Origin: Auanema rhodensis
Lineage: Eukaryota; Animalia; Nematoda
Length of the DNA: 64,000 nucleotides
Direction: 5' to 3'
Assembly: GCA_964057225.1 (NCBI GenBank)
Contig: OZ059895.1
Location: 4,712,001 to 4,776,000, forward strand
Part shown: piece after piece, positions 11,401 through 24,212 of the stretch
Position numbering within the stretch: position 1 is the first letter of the stretch
How the letters are laid out: the number at the start of each line of letters is the position of its first letter
Program-made: the position numbers and the translations under genes
Notes under the pieces: generated by a model
Told to the model about the DNA's origin: nothing
Seen by the model: only the letters and a program-made list of their open reading frames with translations
The model's database searches: none

Positions 11401-14400
11401 GTGCATTTTCAAGCTAGCGCAAATCTGATAACACAGATCGACGCAGCTTAAAAATCCGCATCGAATGCACTATACTTCATTGAGAAACGCTTAATACAAA
11501 AATTAGTTATGATCGTTTGAAAAATGATGCATTAGTTTATGTTGAGTTTCCATGTACACTCAACATTGCTTCCAAAAACATTTTGACAAAAATTTTTTCG
11601 AAAAATTTCAAAATAATTTAGCGAAAAGTAGATGTTTTTAGATTCCTTTTTTCAAGGCAAAGATGATGGACAATGTTATTCAACGAAAAAATTAATTCTT
11701 CAGGGTGAAAATCGAGGATATAAGTGTGAACATATATCAGTTGATATCTCGGTGCATTTTCAAGCTAGCGCAAATCTGATAACACAGATCGACGCAGCTT
11801 AAAAATCCGCATCGAATGCACTATACTTCATTGAAAAACGCTTAATACAAAAATTAGTTATGATCGTTTGAAAAATGATGCATTAGTGTATGTTGAGTTT
11901 CCATGTACACTCAACATTGCTTCCAAAAACATTTTGACAAAAATTTTTTCGAAAAATTTCAAAATAATTTAGCGAAAAGTAGATGTTTTTAGATTCCTTT
12001 TTTCAAGGCAAAGATGATGGACAATGTTATTCAACGAAAAAATTAATTCTTCAGGGTGAAAATCGAGGATATAAGTGTGAACTTATATCAGTTGATATCT
12101 CGGTGCATTTTCAAGCTAGCGCAAATCTGATAACACAGATCGACGCAGCTTAAAAATCCGCATTGAATGCACTATACTTCATTGAGAAACGCTTAATACA
12201 AAAATTAGTTATGATCGTTTGAAAAATGATGCATTAGTTTATGTTGAGTTTCCATGTACACTCAACATTGCTTCCAAAAACATTTTGACAAAAATTTTTT
12301 CGAAAAATTTCAAAATAATTTAGCGAAAAGTAGATGTTTTTAGATTCCTTTTTTCAAGGCAAAGATGATGGACAATGTTATTCAACGAAAAAATTAATTC
12401 TTCAGGGTGAAAATCGAGGATATAAGTGTGAACATATATCAGTTGATATCTCGGTGCATTTTCAAGCTAGCGCAAATCTGATAACACAGATCGACGCAGC
12501 TTAAAAATCCGCATCGAATGCACTATACTTCATTGAGAAACGCTTAATACAAAAATTAGTTATGATCGTTTGAAAAATGATGCATTAGTGTATGTTGAGT
12601 TTCCATGTACACTCAACATTGCTTCCAAAAACATTTTGACAAAAATTTTTTCGAAAAATTTCAAAATAATTTAGCAAAAAGTAGATGTTTTTAGATTCCT
12701 TTTTTCAAGGCAAAGACGATGGACAATGTTATTCAACGAAAAAATTAATTCTTCAGGGTGAAAATCGAGGATATAAGTGTGAACATATATCAGTTGATAT
12801 CTCGGTGCATTTTCAAGCTAGCGCAAATCTGATAACACAGATCGACGCAGCTTAAAAATCCGCATCGAATGCACTATACTTCATTGAGAAACGCTTAATA
12901 CAAAAATTAGTTATGATCGTTTGAAAAATGATGCATTAGTGTATGTTGAGTTTCCATGTACACTCAACATTGCTTCCAAAAACATTTTGACAAAAATTTT
13001 TTCGAAAAATTTCAAAATAATTTAGCAAAAAGTAGATGTTTTTAGATTCCTTTTTTCAAGGCAAAGACGATGGACAATGTTATTCAACGAAAAAATTAAT
13101 TCTTCAGGGTGAAAATCGAGGATATAAGTGTGAACTTATATCAGTTGATATCTCGGTGCATTTTCAAGCTAGCGCAAATTTGATAACACAGATCGACGCA
13201 GCTTAAAAATCCGCATCGAATGCACTATACTTCATTGAGAAACGCTTAATACAAAAATTAGTTATGATCGTTTGAAAAATGATGCATTAGTGTATGTTGA
13301 GTTTCCATGTACACTCAACATTGCTTCCAAAAACATTTTGACAAAAATTTTTTCGAAAAATTTCAAAATAATTTAGCAAAAAGCAGATGTTTTTAGATTC
13401 CTTTTTTTAAGGCAAAAATGATGGACAATGTTATTAAACGAAAAAATTAATTCTTCAGGGTGAAAATCGAGGATATAAGTGTGAACTTATATCAGTTGAT
13501 ATCTCGGTGCATTTTCAAGCTAGCGCAAATCTGATAACACAGATCGACGCAGCTTAAAAATCCGCATCGAATGCACTATACTTCATTGAGAAACGCTTAA
13601 TACAAAAATTAGTTATGATCGTTTGAAAAATGATGCATTAGTTTATGTTGAGTTTCCATGTACACTCAACATTGCTTCCAAAAACATTTTGACAAAAATT
13701 TTTTCGAAAAATTTCAAAATAATTTAGCGAAAAGTAGATGTTTTTAGATTCCTTTTTTCAAGGCAAAGATGATGGACAATGTTATTCAACGAAAAAATTA
13801 ATTCTTCAGGGTGAAAATCGAGGATATAAGTGTGAACATATATCAGTTGATATCTCGGTGCATTTTCAAGCTAGCGCAAATCTGATAACACAGATCGACG
13901 CAGCTTAAAAATCCGCATCGAATGCACTATACTTCATTGAGAAACGCTTAATACAAAAATTAGTTATGATCGTTTGAAAAATGATGCATTAGTTTATGTT
14001 GAGTTTCCATGTACACTCAACATTGCTTCCAAAAACATTTTGACAAAAATTTTTTCGAAAAATTTCAAAATAATTTAGCGAAAAGTAGATGTTTTTAGAT
14101 TCCTTTTTTCAAGGCAAAGATGATGGACAATGTTATTCAACGAAAAAATTAATTCTTCAGGGTGAAAATCGAGGATATAAGTGTGAACATATATCAGTTG
14201 ATATCTCGGTGCATTTTCAAGCTAGCGCAAATCTGATAACACAGATCGACGCAGCTTAAAAATCCGCATCGAATGCACTATACTTCATTGAGAAACGCTT
14301 AATACAAAAATTAGTTATGATCGTTTGAAAAATGATGCATTAGTTTATGTTGAGTTTCCATGTACACTCAACATTGCTTCCAAAAACATTTTGACAAAAA

Positions 14401-17400
14401 TTTTTTCGAAAAATTTCAAAATAATTTAGCGAAAAGTAGATGTTTTTAGATTCCTTTTTTCAAGGCAAAGATGATGGACAATGTTATTCAACGAAAAAAT
14501 TAATTCTTCAGGGTGAAAATCGAGGATATAAGTGTGAACATATATCAGTTGATATCTCGGTGCATTTTCAAGCTAGCGCAAATCTGATAACACAGATCGA
14601 CGCAGCTTAAAAATCCGCATCGAATGCACTATACTTCATTGAGAAACGCTGAATACAAAAATTAGTTATGATCGTTTGAAAAATGATGCATTAGTGTATG
14701 TTGAGTTTCCATGTACACTCAACATTGCTTCCAAAAACATTTTGACAAAAATTTTTTCGAAAAATTTCAAAATAATTTAGCAAAAAGTAGATGTTTTTAG
14801 ATTCCTTTTTTCAAGGCAAAGACGATGGACAATGTTATTCAACGAAAAAATTAATTCTTCAGGGTGAAAATCGAGGATATAAGTTTGAACATATATCAGT
14901 TGATATCTCGGTGCATTTTCAAGCTAGCGCAAATCTGATAACACAGATCGACGCAGCTTAAAAATCCGCATCGAATGCACTATACTTCATTGAGAAACGC
15001 TTAATACAAAAATTAGTTATGATCGTTTGAAAAATGATGCATTAGTGTATGTTGAGTTTCCATGTACACTCAACATTGCTTCCAAAAACATTTTGACAAA
15101 AATTTTTTCGAAAAATTTCAAAATAATTTAGCAAAAAGTAGATGTTTTTAGATTCCTTTTTTCAAGGCAAAGACGATGGACAATGTTATTCAACGAAAAA
15201 ATTAATTCTTCAGGGTGAAAATCGAGGATATAAGTGTGAACTTATATCAGTTGATATCTCGGTGCATTTTCAAGCTAGCGCAAATCTGATAACACAGATC
15301 GACGCAGCTTAAAAATCCGCATCGAATGCACTATACTTCATTGAGAAACGCTTAATACAAAAATTAGTTATGATCGTTTGAAAAATGATGCATTAGTGTA
15401 TGTTGAGTTTCCATGTACACTCAACATTGCTTCCAAAAACATTTTGACAAAAATTTTTTCGAAAAATTTCAAAATAATTTAGCAAAAAGTGGATGTTTTT
15501 AGATTCCTTTTTTCAAGGCAAAGACGATGGACAATGTTATTCAACGAAAAAATTAATTCTTCGGGGTGAAAATCGAGGATATAAGTGTGAACTTATATCA
15601 GTTGATATCTCGGTGCATTTTCAAGCTAGCGCAAATCTGATAACACAGATCGACGCAGCTTAAAAATCCGCATCGAATGCACTATACTACATTGAAAAAC
15701 GCTTAATACAAAAATTAGTTATGATCGTTTGAAAAATGATGCATTAGTGTATGTTGAGTTTCCATGTACACTCAACATTGCTTCCAAAAACATTTTGACA
15801 AAAATTTTTTCGAAAAATTTCAAAATAATTTAGCGAAAAGTAGATGTTTTTAGATTCCTTTTTTCAAGGCAAAGATGATGGACAATGTTATTCAACGAAA
15901 AAATTAATTCTTCAGGGTGAAAATCGAGGATATAAGTGTGAACATATATCAGTTGATATCTCGGTGCATTTTCAAGCTAGCGCAAATCTGATAACACAGA
16001 TCGACGCAGCTTAAAAATCCGCATCGAATGCACTATACTTCATTGAGAAACGCTTAATACAAAAATTAGTTATGATCGTTTGAAAAATGATGCATTAGTT
16101 TATGTTGAGTTTCCATGTACACTCAACATTGCTTCCAAAAACATTTTGACAAAAATTTTTTCGAAAAATTTCAAAATAATTTAGCGAAAAGTAGATGTTT
16201 TTAGATTCCTTTTTTCAAGGCAAAGATGATGGACAATGTTATTCAACGAAAAAATTAATTCTTCAGGGTGAAAATCGAGGATATAAGTGTGAACATATAT
16301 CAGTTGATATCTCGGTGCATTTTCAAGCTAGCGCAAATCTGATAACACAGATCGACGCAGCTTAAAAATCCGCATCGAATGCACTATACTTCATTGAGAA
16401 ACGCTTAATACAAAAATTAGTTATGATCGTTTGAAAAATGATGCATTAGTTTATGTTGAGTTTCCATGTACACTCAACATTGCTTCCAAAAACATTTTGA
16501 CAAAAATTTTTTCGAAAAATTTCAAAATAATTTAGCGAAAAGTAGATGTTTTTAGATTCCTTTTTTCAAGGCAAAGATGATGGACAATGTTATTCAACGA
16601 AAAAATTAATTCTTCAGGGTGAAAATCGAGGATATAAGTGTGAACATATATCAGTTGATATCTCGGTGCATTTTCAAGCTAGCGCAAATCTGATAACACA
16701 GATCGACGCAGCTTAAAAATCCGCATCGAATGCACTATACTTCATTGAGAAACGCTGAATACAAAAATTAGTTATGATCGTTTGAAAAATGATGCATTAG
16801 TGTATGTTGAGTTTCCATGTACACTCAACATTGCTTCCAAAAACATTTTGACAAAAATTTTTTCGAAAAATTTCAAAATAATTTAGCAAAAAGTAGATGT
16901 TTTTAGATTCCTTTTTTCAAGGCAAAGACGATGGACAATGTTATTCAACGAAAAAATTAATTCTTCAGGGTGAAAATCGAGGATATAAGTGTGAACATAT
17001 ATCAGTTGATATCTCGGTGCATTTTCAAGCTAGCGCAAATCTGATAACACAGATCGACGCAGCTTAAAAATCCGCATCGAATGCACTATACTTCATTGAG
17101 AAACGCTTAATACAAAAATTAGTTATGATCGTTTGAAAAATGATGCATTAGTGTATGTTGAGTTTCCATGTACACTCAACATTGCTTCCAAAAACATTTT
17201 GACAAAAATTTTTTCGAAAAATTTCAAAATAATTTAGCAAAAAGTAGATGTTTTTAGATTCCTTTTTTCAAGGCAAAGACGATGGACAATGTTATTCAAC
17301 GAAAAAATTAATTCTTCAGGGTGAAAATCGAGGATATAAGTGTGAACTTATATCAGTTGATATCTCGGTGCATTTTCAAGCTAGCGCAAATCTGATAACA

Positions 17401-20400
17401 CAGATCGACGCAGCTTAAAAATCCGCATCGAATGCACTATACTTCATTGAGAAACGCTTAATACAAAAATTAGTTATGATCGTTTGAAAAATGATGCATT
17501 AGTGTATGTTGAGTTTCCATGTACACTCAACATTGCTTCCAAAAACATTTTGACAAAATTTTTTTCGAAAAATTTCAAAATAATTTAGCAAAAAGTGGAT
17601 GTTTTTAGATTCCTTTTTTCAAGGCAAAGACGATGGACAATGTTATTCAACGAAAAAATTAATTCTTCGGGGTGAAAATCGAGGATATAAGTGTGAACTT
17701 ATATCAGTTGATATCTCGGTGCATTTTCAAGCTAGCGCAAATCTGATAACACAGATCGACGCAGCTTAAAAATCCGCATCGAATGCACTATACTACATTG
17801 AAAAACGCTTAATACAGAAATTAGTTATGATCGTTTGAAAAATGATGCATTAGTGTATGTTGAGTTTCCATGCACACTCAACATTGCTTCCAAAAACATT
17901 TTGACAAAAATTTTTTCGAAAAATTTCAAAATAATTTAGCAAAAAGTAGATGTTTTTAGATTCTTTTTTTCAAGGCAAAGACGATGGACAATGTTATTAA
18001 ACGAAAAAATTAATTCTTCAGGGTGAAAATCGAGGATATATGTGTGAACTTATATCAGTTGATATCTCGGTGCATTTTTAAGCTAGCGCAAATCTGATAA
18101 CACAGATCGACGCAGCTTAAAAATCCGCATCGAATGCACTATACTTCATTGAGAAACGCTTAATACAAAATTTAGTTATGATCGTTTGAAAAATGATGCA
18201 TTAGTGTATGTTGAGTTTCCATGTACACTCAACATTGCTTCCAAAAACATTTTGACAAAAATTTTTTCGAAAAATTTCAAAATAATTTAGCAAAAAGTAG
18301 ATGTTTTTAGATTCCTTTTTTTAAGGCAAAAATGATGGACAATGTTATTCAACGAAAAAATTAATTCTTCAGGGTGAAAATCGAGGATATATGTGTGAAC
18401 TTATATCAGTTGATATCTCGGTGCATTTTTAAGCTAGCGCAAATCTGATAACACAGATCGACGCAGCTTAAAAATCCGCATCGAATGCACTATACTACAT
18501 TGAAAAACGCTTAATACAAAAATTAGTTATGATCGTTTGAAAAATGATGCATTAGTGTATGTTGAGTTTCCATGTACACTCAACATTGCTTCCAAAAACA
18601 TTTTGACAAAAATTTTTTCGAAAAATTTCAAAATAATTTAGCAAAAAGTGGATGTTTTTAGATTCCTTTTTTCAAGGCAAAGACGATGGACAATGTTATT
18701 CAACGAAAAAATTAATTCTTCAGGGTGAAAATCGAGGATATAAGTGTGAACTTATATCAGTTGATATCTCGGTGCATTTTCAAGCTAGCGCAAATCTGAT
18801 AACACAGATCGACGCAGCTTAAAAATCCGCATCGAATGCACTATACTTCATTGAGAAACGCCTAATACAAAAATTAGTTATGATCGTTTGAAAAATGATG
18901 CATTAGTTTATGTTGAGTTTCCATGTACACTCAACATTGCTTCCAAAAACATTTTGACAAAAATTTTTTCGAAAAATTTCAAAATAATTTAGCGAAAAGT
19001 AGATGTTTTTAGATTCCTTTTTTCAAGGCAAAGATGATGGACAATGTTATTCAACGAAAAAATTAATTCTTCAGGGTGAAAATCGAGGATATAAGTGTGA
19101 ACATATATCAGTTGATATCTCGGTGCATTTTCAAGCTAGCGCAAATCTGATAACACAGATCGACGCAGCTTAAAAATCCGCATCGAATGCACTATACTTC
19201 ATTGAGAAACGCTTAATACAAAAATTAGTTATGATCGTTTGAAAAATGATGCATTAGTGTATGTTGAGTTTCCATGTACACTCAACATTGCTTCCAAAAA
19301 CATTTTGACAAAAATTTTTTCGAAAAATTTCAAAATAATTTAGCAAAAAGTGGATGTTTTTAGATTCCTTTTTTCAAGGCAAAGACGATGGACAATGTTA
19401 TTCAACGAAAAAATTAATTCTTCAGGGTGAAAATCGAGGATATAAGTGTGAACTTATATCAGTTGATATCTCGGTGCATTTTCAAGCTAGCGCAAATCTG
19501 ATAACACAGATCGACGCAGCTTAAAAATCCGCATCGAATGCACTATACTTCATTGAAAAACGCTTCATACAAAAATTAGTTATGATCGTTTGAAAAATGA
19601 TGCATTAGTGTATGTTGAGTTTCCATGTACACTCAACATTGCTTCCAAAAACATTTTGACAAAAATTTTTTCGAAAAATTTCAAAATAATTTAGCAAAAA
19701 GTAGATGTTTTTAGATTCCTTTTTTCAAGGCAAAGACGATGGACAATGTTATTCAACGAAAAAATTAATTCTTCAGGGTGAAAATCGAGGATATAAGTGT
19801 GAACATATATCAGTTGATATCTCGGTGCATTTTCAAGCTAGCGCAAATCTGATAACACAGATCGACGCAGCTTAAAAATCCGCATCGAATGCACTATACT
19901 TCATTGAGAAACGCTTAATACAAAAATTAGTTATGATCGTTTGAAAAATGATGCATTAGTGTATGTTGAGTTTCCATGTACACTCAACATTGCTTCCAAA
20001 AACATTTTGACAAAAATTTTTTCGAAAAATTTCAAAATAATTTAGCAAAAAGTAGATGTTTTTAGATTCCTTTTTTCAAGGCAAAGACGATGGACAATGT
20101 TATTCAACGAAAAAATTAATTCTTCAGGGTGAAAATCGAGGATATAAGTGTGAACTTATATCAGTTGATATCTCGGTGCATTTTCAAGCTAGCGCAAATT
20201 TGATAACACAGATCGACGCAGCTTAAAAATCCGCATCGAATGCACTATACTTCATTGAGAAACGCTTAATACAAAAATTAGTTATGATCGTTTGAAAAAT
20301 GATGCATTAGTGTATGTTGAGTTTCCATGTACACTCAACATTGCTTCCAAAAACATTTTGACAAAAATTTTTTCGAAAAATTTCAAAATAATTTAGCAAA

Positions 20401-23400
20401 AAGTAGATGTTTTTAGATTCCTTTTTTTAAGGCAAAAATGATGGACAATGTTATTAAACGAAAAAATTAATTCTTCAGGGTGAAAATCGAGGATATAAGT
20501 GTGAACTTATATCAGTTGATATCTCGGTGCATTTTCAAGCTAGCGCAAATCTGATAACACAGATCGACGCAGCTTAAAAATCCGCATCGAATGCACTATA
20601 CTTCATTGAGAAACGCTTAATACAAAAATTAGTTATGATCGTTTGAAAAATGATGCATTAGTTTATGTTGAGTTTCCATGTACACTCAACATTGCTTCCA
20701 AAAACATTTTGACAAAAATTTTTTCGAAAAATTTCAAAATAATTTAGCGAAAAGTAGATGTTTTTAGATTCCTTTTTTCAAGGCAAAGATGATGGACAAT
20801 GTTATTCAACGAAAAAATTAATTCTTCAGGGTGAAAATCGAGGATATAAGTGTGAACATATATCAGTTGATATCTCGGTGCATTTTCAAGCTAGCGCAAA
20901 TCTGATAACACAGATCGACGCAGCTTAAAAATCCGCATCGAATGCACTATACTTCATTGAAAAACGCTTAATACAAAAATTAGTTATGATCGTTTGAAAA
21001 ATGATGCATTAGTGTATGTTGAGTTTCCATGTACACTCAACATTGCTTCCAAAAACATTTTGACAAAAATTTTTTCGAAAAATTTCAAAATAATTTAGCA
21101 AAAAGTAGATGTTTTTAGATTCCTTTTTTCAAGGCAAAGACGATGGACAATGTTATTCAACGAAAAAATTAATTCTTCAGGGTGAAAATCGAGGATATAA
21201 GTGTGAACTTATATCAGTTGATATCTCGGTGCATTTTCAAGCTAGCGCAAATCTGATAACACAGATCGACGCAGCTTAAAAATCCGCATCGAATGCACTA
21301 TACTTCATTGAGAAACGCTTAATACAAAAATTAGTTATGATCGTTTGAAAAATGATGCATTAGTTTATGTTGAGTTTCCATGTACACTCAACATTGCTTC
21401 CAAAAACATTTTGACAAAAATTTTTTCGAAAAATTTCAAAATAATTTAGCGAAAAGTAGATGTTTTTAGATTCCTTTTTTCAAGGCAAAGATGATGGACA
21501 ATGTTATTCAACGAAAAAATTAATTCTTCAGGGTGAAAATCGAGGATATAAGTGTGAACATATATCAGTTGATATCTCGGTGCATTTTCAAGCTAGCGCA
21601 AATCTGATAACACAGATCGACGCAGCTTAAAAATCCGCATCGAATGCACTATACTTCATTGAGAAACGCTGAATACAAAAATTAGTTATGATCGTTTGAA
21701 AAATGATGCATTAGTGTATGTTGAGTTTCCATGTACACTCAACATTGCTTCCAAAAACATTTTGACAAAAATTTTTTCGAAAAATTTCAAAATAATTTAG
21801 CAAAAAGTAGATGTTTTTAGATTCCTTTTTTCAAGGCAAAGACGATGGACAATGTTATTCAACGAAAAAATTAATTCTTCAGGGTGAAAATCGAGGATAT
21901 AAGTGTGAACATATATCAGTTGATATCTCGGTGCATTTTCAAGCTAGCGCAAATCTGATAACACAGATCGACGCAGCTTAAAAATCCGCATCGAATGCAC
22001 TATACTTCATTGAGAAACGCTTAATACAAAAATTAGTTATGATCGTTTGAAAAATGATGCATTAGTGTATGTTGAGTTTCCATGTACACTCAACATTGCT
22101 TCCAAAAACATTTTGACAAAAATTTTTTCGAAAAATTTCAAAATAATTTAGCAAAAAGTAGATGTTTTTAGATTCCTTTTTTCAAGGCAAAGACGATGGA
22201 CAATGTTATTCAACGAAAAAATTAATTCTTCAGGGTGAAAATCGAGGATATAAGTGTGAACTTATATCAGTTGATATCTCGGTGCATTTTCAAGCTAGCG
22301 CAAATTTGATAACACAGATCGACGCAGCTTAAAAATCCGCATCGAATGCACTATACTTCATTGAGAAACGCTTAATACAAAAATTAGTTATGATCGTTTG
22401 AAAAATGATGCATTAGTTTATGTTGAGTTTCCATGTACACTCAACATTGCTTCCAAAAACATTTTGACAAAAATTTTTTCGAAAAATTTCAAAATAATTT
22501 AGCGAAAAGTAGATGTTTTTAGATTCCTTTTTTCAAGGCAAAGATGATGGACAATGTTATTCAACGAAAAAATTAATTCTTCAGGGTGAAAATCGAGGAT
22601 ATAAGTGTGAACATATATCAGTTGATATCTCGGTGCATTTTCAAGCTAGCGCAAATCTGATAACACAGATCGACGCAGCTTAAAAATCCGCATCGAATGC
22701 ACTATACTTCATTGAGAAACGCTGAATACAAAAATTAGTTATGATCGTTTGAAAAATGATGCATTAGTGTATGTTGAGTTTCCATGTACACTCAACATTG
22801 CTTCCAAAAACATTTTGACAAAAATTTTTTCGAAAAATTTCAAAATAATTTAGCAAAAAGTAGATGTTTTTAGATTCCTTTTTTCAAGGCAAAGACGATG
22901 GACAATGTTATTCAACGAAAAAATTAATTCTTCAGGGTGAAAATCGAGGATATAAGTGTGAACATATATCAGTTGATATCTCGGTGCATTTTCAAGCTAG
23001 CGCAAATCTGATAACACAGATCGACGCAGCTTAAAAATCCGCATCGAATGCACTATACTTCATTGAGAAACGCTTAATACAAAAATTAGTTATGATCGTT
23101 TGAAAAATGATGCATTAGTGTATGTTGAGTTTCCATGTACACTCAACATTGCTTCCAAAAACATTTTGACAAAAATTTTTTCGAAAAATTTCAAAATAAT
23201 TTAGCAAAAAGTAGATGTTTTTAGATTCCTTTTTTCAAGGCAAAGACGATGGACAATGTTATTCAACGAAAAAATTAATTCTTCAGGGTGAAAATCGAGG
23301 ATATAAGTGTGAACTTATATCAGTTGATATCTCGGTGCATTTTCAAGCTAGCGCAAATCTGATAACACAGATCGACGCAGCTTAAAAATCCGCATCGAAT

Positions 23401-24212
23401 GCACTATACTTCATTGAGAAACGCTTAATACAAAAATTAGTTATGATCGTTTGAAAAATGATGCATTAGTGTATGTTGAGTTTCCATGTACACTCAACAT
23501 TGCTTCCAAAAACATTTTGACAAAAATTTTTTCGAAAAATTTCAAAATAATTTAGCAAAAAGTGGATGTTTTTAGATTCCTTTTTTCAAGGCAAAGACGA
23601 TGGACAATGTTATTCAACGAAAAAATTAATTCTTCGGGGTGAAAATCGAGGATATAAGTGTGAACTTATATCAGTTGATATCTCGGTGCATTTTCAAGCT
23701 AGCGCAAATCTGATAACACAGATCGACGCAGCTTAAAAATCCGCATCGAATGCACTATACTACATTGAAAAACGCTTAATACAAAAATTAGTTATGATCG
23801 TTTGAAAAATGATGCATTAGTGTATGTTGAGTTTCCATGCACACTCAACATTGCTTCCAAAAACATTTTGACAAAAATTTTTTCGAAAAATTTCAAAATA
23901 ATTTAGCAAAAAGTAGATGTTTTTAGATTCTTTTTTTCAAGGCAAAGACGATGGACAATGTTATTAAACGAAAAAATTAATTCTTCAGGGTGAAAATCGA
24001 GGATATATGTGTGAACTTATATCAGTTGATATCTCGGTGCATTTTTAAGCTAGCGCAAATCTGATAACACAGATCGACGCAGCTTAAAAATCCGCATCGA
24101 ATGCACTATACTTCATTGAGAAACGCTTAATACAAAATTTAGTTATGATCGTTTGAAAAATGATGCATTAGTGTATGTTGAGTTTCCATGTACACTCAAC
24201 ATTGCTTCCAAA
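8418..24212. repeat. Indel-free sub-domain with 6-monomer (2106-bp) higher-order repeats
   Basis: Rare variants recur exactly 2106 bp apart: 10058/12164, 11074/13180, 14651/16757, 15491/17597, 20200/22306. Diagnostic G312T (TAGTTTATG) followed by an A47G monomer. Confidence 0.9.
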
